This document shows, piece by piece, positions 16,862 to 25,494 of a stretch of 59,471 bases of DNA. Position numbers and translations under genes: made by a program. The notes under the pieces were generated by a model. That model had not been told where the DNA came from, made no database searches, and saw only the letters and a program-made list of their open reading frames with translations. Position 1 is the stretch's first letter. Each line of letters starts with the position of its first letter. This DNA comes from an uncultured bacterium. GTDB taxonomy: Bacteria; Patescibacteriota; Minisyncoccia; Phycocordibacterales; DATDWN01. The stretch covers positions 1-59,471 of the forward strand of contig CAIQCQ010000027.1 in NCBI GenBank assembly GCA_903870365.1. Reading direction: 5' to 3'.

Positions 16862-17598
16862 ATAAAAACTCTAATGGGATGATCAGTATAATAATTCCGA
16901 CATTAAATGAAGAGAAAATTTTGGAGAAGACACTTGTATCACTGAGAGAGTATACGGGTGAATATGAAATTATTGTTTCTGATGGAAGAAGTAAAGATAG
17001 AACTATTGAGATTGCAAAACAATATGCCGACAAGGTGGTGGTCTACGAGGGGATTGCTCGTCAGACTATAGGTATGGGCAGGAATTTGGGAGTGAGGGAG
17101 GCGCGGGGTGATATCTTGTTGTTTCTTGATTCTGATATGTACATACCAGATCCAAATGTTTTTTTTCCGCATGCACTATCTTTTTTTAACATGAACCCAC
17201 ATCTTGTTGGTTTGACTGGATATCTAAAAGTCTTTCCAGAGATGGCAAATATGGCTGACAAAGTGGTATTTTGGTCTCTCAACAGACTGATTTATACGTA
17301 CAATAATATTCTCCATCACGGAGCTTCCTCCGGAGAGTTTCAGATGATTCGAACAGAGGTTTTTAAAAAAATTGGTGGATTCAATGAAGCGCTTGTTGGT
17401 GGTGAAGATTTTGATATGTTTGCACGTTTATCCAAAGTAGGTTTAACTCAAAGCGTTCCTTCACTTACTATTTTTCATACATCGCGACGTGCGCATAAAA
17501 TCGGCTGGCCACGGTTGTTGTGGAGTTGGATTTTAAATTGGTTTCATGCCACATTTTTAAACAAATCATACAGTACGGTTTGGGAGGAAATACGTTGA
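16858..17598 (+). CDS. family 2 glycosyltransferase
   Basis: ISIIIPTLNEE...DSD...GGEDFD motifs. The ATG at 16858 overlaps the DedA stop (ATGA). The alternative start at 16879 (MISIIIPT) lies directly after a solo copy of the AAAACTCTAAYGGG arm. Confidence 0.8.
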   Translation: MNKNSNGMISIIIPTLNEEKILEKTLVSLREYTGEYEIIVSDGRSKDRTIEIAKQYADKVVVYEGIARQTIGMGRNLGVREARGDILLFLDSDMYIPDPNVFFPHALSFFNMNPHLVGLTGYLKVFPEMANMADKVVFWSLNRLIYTYNNILHHGASSGEFQMIRTEVFKKIGGFNEALVGGEDFDMFARLSKVGLTQSVPSLTIFHTSRRAHKIGWPRLLWSWILNWFHATFLNKSYSTVWEEIR

Positions 17599-17638
17599 AA
17601 TCTATTTGAAGGTTCTATAATTAATATTACACACCTAC

Positions 17639-18349
17639 ATGAAAATTAGTCTTGTCATCCCTGCATATAATGAGGAGAAATATATCGGAATGTGTTTAGA
17701 GAGCATTCAGGCATATGGACAAGGACTTTTTGAAGTGATTGTCATAAACAATGCCAGTACTGATAAGACAGTAGAAATTGCTCAGAGCTTTTCTTTTGTA
17801 CGGGTAGTCGATGAAGTACGTAAGGGACTGCAATATGCTCGTGGGAGAGGGTTGACTGAAGCGCAAGGTGACCTCGTTGCTTTTATTGATGCAGATACAT
17901 GTATACCAAAGAACTGGACAGAAAAAATCAAAAATAAATTTACAAACAATCCACGTATAGTTTCTTTGAGTGGTCCGTACATATACCACGATGTTTCTTT
18001 TCTGAGTAAGGTATGTATTTGGATGTATTTTGTAGTATTGGTCATGCCAGTATATTTTATTATTGGATACGCCGCTATTGGCGGCAATTTGGTCGTACGA
18101 AAAGAGGCTGTCCAGTCAATTGGAGGGTTTGATGAGACGATTGCTTTTTATGGTGATGATACCGATATTGCACGACGATTGTCTAAGATTGGTAAGGTGA
18201 TGTTTTCTCTGGATTTTTATATGTATTCTTCAGCACGACGACTCAAAGGGGAAGGCGTTTTTGCTACCGGACTTCGGTATGCAATCAATTTTTTCTCTAT
18301 TGTTTTTCGGGGTACTCCATATAATCATGAACATAGCGATATACGGTAG
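17639..18349 (+). CDS. family 2 glycosyltransferase with internal TM segment
   Basis: ISLVIPAYNEEKYI...IDADT...GDDTDI. Confidence 0.8.
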   Translation: MKISLVIPAYNEEKYIGMCLESIQAYGQGLFEVIVINNASTDKTVEIAQSFSFVRVVDEVRKGLQYARGRGLTEAQGDLVAFIDADTCIPKNWTEKIKNKFTNNPRIVSLSGPYIYHDVSFLSKVCIWMYFVVLVMPVYFIIGYAAIGGNLVVRKEAVQSIGGFDETIAFYGDDTDIARRLSKIGKVMFSLDFYMYSSARRLKGEGVFATGLRYAINFFSIVFRGTPYNHEHSDIR

Positions 18350-18370
18350 TGTGTTGTATACTAGTGGAGA

Positions 18371-18472
18371 ATGATCGCATGAGAGTTGTATCTATAAGAC
18401 TTTAATGGTACTAGTGTATTGTTGCATATAAACTTTTTAATTATTAACGGCTCTCCTTAAAACTCTAACGGG
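18371..18472 (+). repeat. 102-nt inverted-repeat, promoter-bearing element, copy B
   Basis: About 80% identical to copy A by eye. The 3' arm ttaaaactctaacggg abuts ATG 18473. TTGTTG (18419), 17-nt spacer, TATTAA (18442). Confidence 0.7.
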
Positions 18473-19126
18473 ATGAAATCTCTCAAGGAAACATACAAAC
18501 TTCACTTTAAACACGGATATTTTGTCTGGTCACTGGTCGTATCTTTTGCATTACTTGTTGTCTCATTGTTTGTCAGTTTTTATGCCGGGGTATATGCCAC
18601 CCGAGTGGCCAGCCAGCCAGTGACTGATATTATTCTTAGTAATATTCGTGTGTTTGATGTTGATGGTATTTTTATCTATGGTCCCTGGGTCTTGTGGATT
18701 TTTGTGGCTACCATTGTCATCACTAGGCCGTATCGTATTCCGTTTATTGTGAAGAGTATTGCTTTGTTTGTCCTCATTCGTTCAGTCTTTATTACATTGA
18801 CCCATATCGGACCATTTCCAAATGCGGATATTGTGACCAATACAAAACTGATTAGTGATTTTACTTCTGGTGGCGATCTTTTTTTCTCTGCGCATACCGG
18901 TCTACCGTTTTTAATGGCGTTGGTGTTTTGGAATCACAAATTTTTCCGCTATTTGTTTATTGCTACTTCTGTTTTCTTCGGTATCGTTGTTCTTTTGGGA
19001 CATCTCCACTATTCTATTGATGTTCTTGCCGCCTTCTTTATCACCTACAGTATTTATCACATATCAGAAGTGTTTTTCAAGAAAGAATATGATATGTTTG
19101 AGACTGGTATACCCAAGAATGGGTAA
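18473..19126 (+). CDS. PAP2_C/sphingomyelin-synthase-like membrane protein
   Basis: Polytopic, with SAHTG...GHLHYSIDV resembling the PAP2_C catalytic H/HxxxD motifs. Confidence 0.5.
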   Translation: MKSLKETYKLHFKHGYFVWSLVVSFALLVVSLFVSFYAGVYATRVASQPVTDIILSNIRVFDVDGIFIYGPWVLWIFVATIVITRPYRIPFIVKSIALFVLIRSVFITLTHIGPFPNADIVTNTKLISDFTSGGDLFFSAHTGLPFLMALVFWNHKFFRYLFIATSVFFGIVVLLGHLHYSIDVLAAFFITYSIYHISEVFFKKEYDMFETGIPKNG

Positions 19127-19237
19127 CTGTATCTAATCTCCATATGAGACGTCATCTATGATATTGTGGGTGCATAACGTATTTTATGACCCTAATTCCC
19201 TAATTCTTGTATTCCTTAATTCTTAATTCTTTTCAAA

Positions 19238-19840
19238 ATGTTTGATCAATCATCATCACGTGAAATTTTGGAAGCAGTAGCAGGAAAATTAACCGAAAAT
19301 GGTATGCATACTATTGTGGTACCGACCGGAGCAGATGCTCGGGCCCGTATATTACAAATGGTGGATCCCTTAAGTGAAGTGATGCTTATGACGTCAATAA
19401 CCCTTGAGACTATGGGTTTACCACAAGTAATGAAAGATGGAGGATACACCATGATTAGGGATATTTTTACAAATGAAAATGTTTCGATTAAACACAAACG
19501 AGAACTTGGAGCAGCTCCAGATGTGTCTATTGCAAGTGCCCATGCAGTGACCAAAGCCGGCGAGATCATTATTGTCTCAGGTACGGGTAGTCAGATGCCT
19601 GCAGTGGCGTATGGAGCGGGTAAGGCCATCTTGGTCATCGGTGCGCAAAAAATTGTGGAAAATATTGAAGAGGGTATGAAGCGAGTGTACGAATATGTCC
19701 TACCACTGGAATCTATTCGAGCCAATAAAGCATACAATAAAACAACTGGAAGTTCGGTGAATAAAATTTTGATGATCAAAAAAGAAGCACAAGCTGGTCG
19801 GATTGAGGTGATTTTGGTAGAAGAGAAACTGGGGTTTTAA
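19238..19840 (+). CDS. LUD-domain (LutC/YkgG-like) protein
   Basis: Overall LUD pattern: IASAHAVTKAGEIIIVSGTGSQ...LVIGAQKIV. Confidence 0.6.
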   Translation: MFDQSSSREILEAVAGKLTENGMHTIVVPTGADARARILQMVDPLSEVMLMTSITLETMGLPQVMKDGGYTMIRDIFTNENVSIKHKRELGAAPDVSIASAHAVTKAGEIIIVSGTGSQMPAVAYGAGKAILVIGAQKIVENIEEGMKRVYEYVLPLESIRANKAYNKTTGSSVNKILMIKKEAQAGRIEVILVEEKLGF

Positions 19841-19860
19841 TATAATTTAATATTTTATAT

Positions 19861-20142
19861 ATGGATTCACTTCTTAAATCAGATATATTTTTCTTTATTA
19901 CATCTGTGTGTGTTGTTGTCGTATCTTCTCTCCTTGCCTACGCATTAGTGTATATTGTGGGAATTTTGAGAGATGTGAAGAGATTATCAACTAGGATTGA
20001 TAAGGAAAGCGAAAGAATTATTGAAGGTATCAATACCATTCAAGGTTCTGTAACGGATAGGCTTATGAGAACGTCTTTGTTTAGAGGGTTGTTTGGGGTG
20101 AAAAAAAAGACAGTACATAAAAAGAAAGATAAGAGTGTATAA
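19861..20142 (+). CDS. hypothetical small membrane protein
   Basis: 93 aa, with one TM helix followed by a charged helix. Confidence 0.5.
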   Translation: MDSLLKSDIFFFITSVCVVVVSSLLAYALVYIVGILRDVKRLSTRIDKESERIIEGINTIQGSVTDRLMRTSLFRGLFGVKKKTVHKKKDKSV

Positions 20143-20176
20143 TGTTCTTACATCATTAGTAATTAAGATTAAAACA

Positions 20177-20563
20177 ATGGCTCAAAAAAAAGAAACAAGT
20201 AATGTGGCTGGAGTGGTTATGGGAATTGGAGCATTGGCAGCACTATCTGCCGGAGCATACTTTTTATACGGTACAAAAGAGGGTGCAAAAAAGAGGGTGA
20301 AGGTTAAAGGGTGGATGCTCAAAGCAAAAGGTGAAGTTATGGAAAAAATGGAATCACTCAAAGAAATGAACGAAGATGCGTATAATGAAGTGGTCAATAC
20401 AGTGATGAAAAAATATACAGGTCTAAAAAATGTAGATCCAAAGGAAGTTGATGCACTTTTTGCAGATATTAAAAAACATTGGAAGAATATCCAGAAGCAT
20501 GTAAACGAGGCAAAAAAGGTGAAAATGCCTGCGAAGAAGATGGTGAAGAAAGCAGCTAAGTAA
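20177..20563 (+). CDS. YtxH-like lysine-rich membrane-anchored protein
   Basis: Start at MAQKKE (ATG 20177). TM helix followed by GTKEGAKKR and a charged coiled region. Confidence 0.45.
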   Translation: MAQKKETSNVAGVVMGIGALAALSAGAYFLYGTKEGAKKRVKVKGWMLKAKGEVMEKMESLKEMNEDAYNEVVNTVMKKYTGLKNVDPKEVDALFADIKKHWKNIQKHVNEAKKVKMPAKKMVKKAAK

Positions 20564-20594
20564 AAAGAATTAAGAATTAAGAATTACGATGTAC

Positions 20595-20621
20595 AAAAAA
20601 TCTGCCGAAAGGCAGTTTTTG
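20595..20621. terminator. bidirectional terminator
   Basis: aaaaaat-ctgcc-gaaa-ggcag-ttttt sits between convergent genes. It is nested inside a larger aattcttaattc-type inverted repeat (20567-20652). Confidence 0.75.
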
Positions 20622-20659
20622 GTTCCCATTCGTAATTCTTAATTCGTTATTCGATTCTC

Positions 20660-21850
20660 TCACTTCGTATCTTGAAGTGAGAGACTGTAGTGGCAGCCAA
20701 GTACCATTATTATCCCGAGAACAATAAAGATATTGTGGTAAGACAAAAAAGTTAGTGACAGTGTGGCAACAATGGGAGCAATGATATATGACGCAGGGTT
20801 GGACATACGATAAAAGCTGATAGTGTCAGTGTCATTTTTGTTCACTCTCTTAAAGAAGTAACTGTCAGTCATGGCTTCAACAAGAGCAGCACCAATACGA
20901 GTCATAAAGAGCACACCTGCCCAAAGGAAAAAGTTGTTGCCAGTAATAAAAGGAATACACAATGTGAATATACCAATAATCACAAAACCAATTGTCATCA
21001 TTTCTTTCTCTCCCCATTTTTTGTCAGCCAGAAAGCCAGCGGGGATCTCTACAAAGATAAATGGTAATAGCATGATGGTAAAGATGAGACCAATCTCAGC
21101 CCAGCTCATGCCGATGTATTGGGACAAATAGATAGGCATATAGACCACCATATAGGCATAAAATATTTGTAAAAAGAGGTGAGCATTACTCACATTATAG
21201 ATATCAGTGTTTTTCAAGTATGTTTTGATAATACCGCGAATATTGATGTGACTCGGTACACCATCAGTAAAGTGTGAGAAATATTTTTTGACCAAAAAGT
21301 AGAGGGGGACAAGGAAGATGAGGGAGAGTAAATATATTTTGTAATAGTCACCGTCAGTTAAGACCCACGCAACTAACAGTGTGGCCAGGATGATGGTGAT
21401 ATTACCAAGAGTCAGGTAGAGGGTACGTATTTCACCTGTTTTTGATTCGTCCTCAGTAGTGTCCTCGAGCAGGAGATCAAAACAAAAATAGAGGGTGGGG
21501 ATACTGATGAGATAGGCAATAAAGTACAGGCCAATGAGCGTATGCGACACAGAAAAAGATAGGCCCACCGTGGCGACAATTTCAGTGATAATGAGATAGC
21601 GGATGAGACGATAGTTACCGATAGCTTCGAGAATTTTAGAAATATTAATGAGGATGATAAGGGTAAAAACAGAACCAATGATATAAAGGACAGAAACCTG
21701 TTGCGGGGAGAAAAATTTAGAAAGAAAAGAAGAGTTGATATAAATGAGGAGATAGTAGTGAAAAGAAAGGAGAATGTCAGCGGTGTAAACTCTTCCAATG
21801 GCAGTGTTGCCCTTGATTTTTTCAATAATTTTGGAAAAGAAGAGATCCAT
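20660..21850 (-). CDS. MFS transporter
   Basis: 396 aa with about 12 TM helices and a central loop, the typical MFS layout. Confidence 0.65.
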   Translation of the reverse strand: MDLFFSKIIEKIKGNTAIGRVYTADILLSFHYYLLIYINSSFLSKFFSPQQVSVLYIIGSVFTLIILINISKILEAIGNYRLIRYLIITEIVATVGLSFSVSHTLIGLYFIAYLISIPTLYFCFDLLLEDTTEDESKTGEIRTLYLTLGNITIILATLLVAWVLTDGDYYKIYLLSLIFLVPLYFLVKKYFSHFTDGVPSHINIRGIIKTYLKNTDIYNVSNAHLFLQIFYAYMVVYMPIYLSQYIGMSWAEIGLIFTIMLLPFIFVEIPAGFLADKKWGEKEMMTIGFVIIGIFTLCIPFITGNNFFLWAGVLFMTRIGAALVEAMTDSYFFKRVNKNDTDTISFYRMSNPASYIIAPIVATLSLTFLSYHNIFIVLGIIMVLGCHYSLSLQDTK

Positions 21851-21878
21851 ACAAATATTTTAGCACACTTTTTTCTCC

Positions 21879-21902
21879 GTCATTTCCGTGTAGACGGGGA
21901 TC
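21879..21902. repeat. GTCATTCC-type palindromic repeat unit (degenerate)
   Basis: gtcatttccgtgtagacggggatc. Confidence 0.55.
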
Positions 21903-21916
21903 TAGTGTTTTCTAAA

Positions 21917-21958
21917 GAAAAAAGCCCACCGGTTTTGAAGCCGGTGGGCCGAATTTTT
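21917..21958 (-). terminator. rho-independent terminator of the GC-rich gene
   Basis: gcccaccgg (21924-21932) pairs with ccggtgggc (21941-21949). On the minus strand it is followed by ttttttc. Confidence 0.8.
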
Positions 21959-22002
21959 TACTGATCCCTCACTGTATTATCTGTGAGAGATTTTCGGGAG
22001 AA

Positions 22003-22884
22003 CTATTGATGATGCGTAAAGCGGATGGTATTCACGCCGTCCGCTCCGCGTTCATAGTGATGGACGTCCATCCCTTGATAGCGAAGCATATTGGCATTTC
22101 CTTCTCCGGCTTTGGCAAAAGAGAGAAAACTTCTCTTACCTGTCGGGGCCGTCGGACCGTCTGTGCTTGCGGCTGCAGTAGTCGCAGGCTTCTCGGCAGG
22201 TGCTTCTTGCGGAGCAGTTCCTGTCGGACGAGTATAAGATGTTGGTGTCGAAGGTATCGGAGGTATCGGTTCATGTGAGGGAGGGTTTCTCCATCCACTG
22301 AACAATTTATCCAAACCAATAAGTAGTGCTATCAGAGCGGCACACGCCAGTAGTATCCCAAGTATAGCAAGGAACAACCACCAGAGTGGTTCCAGAATGT
22401 TTCCGATAGTACCCCAAATCCCTTTTGCAGCAGATTTGAGTCCATCAGTCATTTTGTCCCACCAAGTGGGTATTTTTCCGCCACCGTTTTGGTGTGATCC
22501 AGAGGAACTCCCTGTATTTACCACCGGTGTCGGAGGCGTGACGACGGGAGTCGGCACAATTTCCACCAAACGGTTACCACAGTCCGCTTTGTAGCGGATT
22601 TTTTCAAGCTCGTCTTTGTAGACGAGCGTGTTAGAGGGCAATTTCTCCAGGACGAACCGTCCGAGCTTGTCTCGGAGATTGCGGTAGTGGTTTTCCACCA
22701 CCACTTCCTTTTCAGTATAGCTCGCATGCAAATGCATGAGAGCCATCTGTCGGGGAGTCACTGGACCCGTTAAAATCGGGTAGTGCTCCATGTCAGTCCC
22801 TTCGGGAACAGCGAACTGTCCCTTCTGGGCGAAGGCACTGGCGCAAAGCACCAGTGCGAAAGCGAGCATGCGTGCATTTTTCAT
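22003..22884 (-). CDS. GC-rich secreted/TM protein with Pro/Thr-rich tail, unknown family
   Basis: Start at MKNARMLAFALVLCASAFA (signal peptide), with GGAG 7 nt upstream. Internal TM LWWLFLAILGILLACAALIALLIGL. Sampled 60-nt stretches are 55-68% G+C. Confidence 0.6.
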   Translation of the reverse strand: MKNARMLAFALVLCASAFAQKGQFAVPEGTDMEHYPILTGPVTPRQMALMHLHASYTEKEVVVENHYRNLRDKLGRFVLEKLPSNTLVYKDELEKIRYKADCGNRLVEIVPTPVVTPPTPVVNTGSSSGSHQNGGGKIPTWWDKMTDGLKSAAKGIWGTIGNILEPLWWLFLAILGILLACAALIALLIGLDKLFSGWRNPPSHEPIPPIPSTPTSYTRPTGTAPQEAPAEKPATTAAASTDGPTAPTGKRSFLSFAKAGEGNANMLRYQGMDVHHYERGADGVNTIRFTHHQ

Positions 22885-23155
22885 GTATTTCTCCGTTTCA
22901 AACAGCAATTTTACTGATGTAAGCATCTACCGTCCCCAGGGATAGTACCAATACTGACATAAGTAACCTAAGAAAATTATAGCACATTTTATATATAAAA
23001 GTCAAGTAAAATTGAGATGCAAAATAAGAGCAGGAGTACCTCTCATATTTTTTCTTCGTTCGGACGATATGAATGAAGTATCATTCATCCGACCCTCGCT
23101 AGCAAAAATACCCTTAAAGATAAGGGTATTTTTGACGTTTTTAGGGGGTGAGGGT

Positions 23156-23196
23156 GGATTCCAGATATGTCCCGAGTACGGGCGTTCTGGAATGAC
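23156..23196. repeat. GTCATTCC-type palindromic repeat (nested hairpin)
   Basis: ggattccagatatgtcccgagtacgggcgttctggaatgac. Confidence 0.6.
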
Positions 23197-23238
23197 GGGG
23201 AGAGAGAGTAAATTTTCCCCGAACCCAGACACCAGAAC

Positions 23239-23427
23239 GAGGATTGTTTTTCAAAAAGCCTTGCGGAAGAAATTAGAAAACATATGCGAGTTTTAAGAGA
23301 GCTGGAGAGTCCCGGAAGCGAAGCGTTTATCGACAGCTCCGTAAACGAGCATAGTGTTTTCTTGATTTCTGAGCAGAGAAATCCGCCAGAAGGCGGATAT
23401 TCGTGCTGTTTTGGAAAACAATCCGAG
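23239..23427 (+). ncRNA. candidate structured RNA (multi-hairpin), identity unknown
   Basis: A 16-bp outer stem (ggattgtttttcaaaa / ttttggaaaacaatcc) encloses three hairpins. One is capped by GGAA with flanking tandem G.A pairs. Confidence 0.2.
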
Positions 23428-23432
23428 TGATT

Positions 23433-25319
23433 CTAAACCCCGAGAATAACTGGAATCACAATCGGTTTCTTGGCCGTCTTTTGGAACAAGAATCGTGCGA
23501 GGTTGTCTGCTACATTTGATTTAACATAATCAAAGTTGATGGGATTCATTCCTCGTGTACTGTCTTCTACTGTTTTCTTGATGATGGCTCGCGCATGATT
23601 TAACAAGTCTTGGGATTCACGCAAGTACACAAAGCCTCGAGAGATGATATCAGGAGATTTTTTCAGCATACCTGTTTTGACATTGACGTTAGCCACGATG
23701 ACGACGAAGCCGTCTTGTGCGAGCATTTTACGATCACGTATGACAAGTTCCTGGACATCACCGACAGAGAAGCCGTCCACCATGACACGGTCACCAGGGG
23801 CTGACTGTGGGAGGCGTACAAATTTCTTACCTTCATCTTGGATTTCAATAATGGTTCCGTTGTCGGGCACGATAATATGATCAGCAGCCATACCGAGACC
23901 TTTTGCCAACTCTTCGTGAACACGGAGCATGTAGTGACTACCGTGCATTGGCATGAAAAACTTTGGATGGATTTTCTTGTGGAGCCATTCAAGCTCAGCT
24001 CGGTTACCGTGACCGGTGGAGTGGATGTAGACGTCACTGGTTCGATAGTGGATGATCTTGGCACCCTGGCGAGCAAGGTTGTCTTTCAATTGTTGTACTG
24101 CACGTTCGTTACCAGGAATGATTGATGATGACAAGAGAACTGTATCACGTGAAGTAATACGAAATGTCTTGTGTGTTTTATTGGACATACGCATGAGTGC
24201 AGCAAATTCGTCACCCTGTGCACCAGTAGCAAGGACGATAACTTTGTCTGGTGGATATTGTTCCATGTCTGCAGAGTCAATCAGCGTTTCTTTTTTAACA
24301 TTCAACATGCCGTTGACTCGAACAATCTCAATATTGTTTTTCATACTGCGACCTTCGAGAGCTACTTTCTTGCCATATTTTTCTGCGATTTCGATGATCT
24401 TGATAATACGTTCAAGCTGTGACGCAAAGGTACCAATGATCAGGCGGCCAGTGGTGTGTTTGATAATCTCTTCGAGGTTTTTATGCACCACACGTTCAGG
24501 TGTAGACCAGCCAGGGTTGTCGACATTGGTCGAGTCCATCATGAGGAAGAGGACATTTTCATTATCAAAACGACCAAATTCTTTTTGTTCTTTTTCTGTC
24601 GGCACACCATCTTCATGGTCGAGCTTGATGTCACCAGGAGTGACCAGGACGCCGTATGGAGTTTCAATAATGATACCCATGGCATCTGGTACTGTGTGAG
24701 TCACACCAAAGAAACGAACTTTGAGATTACCCATGGTGATCTTGTCTTCTTTTTCGACAATACGAATATCAAGAGCGGGTAGGTGAGGAAATTCATCCTG
24801 TCTTTTTTTAATGAGGACAGAAGTCAATGCACGAGTGTAGATTGGTGGGTTGCCAATACGATCCATGATGTAGGGGATACCACCGATGTGATCGAGGTGA
24901 CCGTGAGTAATGATCACACCACGGATTTTGTCTTTCCGGTCTTCAAGGTATTTTGTGTTTGGCAAAATATAGTCGATACCAGGAGTGTCGCCATCTTGGA
25001 AAGAGAATCCTGCATCAATGACGAGGATGTCACCTTTGTATTCAATGACAGTCATGTTTTTTCCGATCTCTTCAACTCCACCAAGTGGAATGATACGGAT
25101 GTTGTCTCCGGCAGGAGGAATGACGTCTATAGGCTTGCGTGGGCGCATGGTGGGTGCTCGTCTGCCAAAAGAGGCCCGCGGTGAACGAGGTGCTCCAGTG
25201 CCACGAGCAGAAGCAGGTCCAGTAGTATTCGTGTTACTACGATTAAATTCTCGTGAAGGACGTGATGGTGCTCCGGTTTCTGTTTTCTGTATTGCTTTGT
25301 CGATTTGTTTGTCTTCCAT
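23433..25319 (-). CDS. rnj: ribonuclease J with Arg/Ser/Pro-rich N-terminal tail
   Basis: Metallo-beta-lactamase HGHLDHIGG motif, beta-CASP region, and a size typical of RNase J. Confidence 0.9.
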   Translation of the reverse strand: MEDKQIDKAIQKTETGAPSRPSREFNRSNTNTTGPASARGTGAPRSPRASFGRRAPTMRPRKPIDVIPPAGDNIRIIPLGGVEEIGKNMTVIEYKGDILVIDAGFSFQDGDTPGIDYILPNTKYLEDRKDKIRGVIITHGHLDHIGGIPYIMDRIGNPPIYTRALTSVLIKKRQDEFPHLPALDIRIVEKEDKITMGNLKVRFFGVTHTVPDAMGIIIETPYGVLVTPGDIKLDHEDGVPTEKEQKEFGRFDNENVLFLMMDSTNVDNPGWSTPERVVHKNLEEIIKHTTGRLIIGTFASQLERIIKIIEIAEKYGKKVALEGRSMKNNIEIVRVNGMLNVKKETLIDSADMEQYPPDKVIVLATGAQGDEFAALMRMSNKTHKTFRITSRDTVLLSSSIIPGNERAVQQLKDNLARQGAKIIHYRTSDVYIHSTGHGNRAELEWLHKKIHPKFFMPMHGSHYMLRVHEELAKGLGMAADHIIVPDNGTIIEIQDEGKKFVRLPQSAPGDRVMVDGFSVGDVQELVIRDRKMLAQDGFVVIVANVNVKTGMLKKSPDIISRGFVYLRESQDLLNHARAIIKKTVEDSTRGMNPINFDYVKSNVADNLARFLFQKTAKKPIVIPVILGV

Positions 25320-25494
25320 AATATTTTATTAATGCTTTTTATAATTTGTAATAATTTTTTGTTAACCACGAACTTTCACAATCTGGATGCAGTGTTAGGC
25401 GAAAAGTGAAAAAGAATGCGAACCATACTCTGTTGTATGGTGAGCATTGTTTTTTACTTTTCAACAACGCAATGCGTCAGATGTGGAAGTTCTA

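Noticed and set aside
16863-16881. Treating the solo AAAACTCTAATGGG-ATG arm as proof that the GT2 gene starts at 16879.
   Set aside because: The upstream ATG at 16858 overlaps the DedA stop codon (ATGA), which is an equally good coupling signal. The start remains ambiguous, so I report the longer ORF and flag the alternative.
23012-23296. 94-aa plus-strand and 76-aa minus-strand ORFs in the spacer between the GC island and rnj.
   Set aside because: The sequence is built from palindromic repeat units and hairpins (23107-23135, 23156-23196). Reading frames through such repeats are the usual source of spurious small proteins.
23610-25369. Multiple plus-strand ORFs (up to 215 aa) and a frame-shifted minus-strand ORF overlapping rnj.
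   Set aside because: They are shadow frames of a confidently identified 628-aa RNase J gene. None has start-site signals or recognisable motifs.
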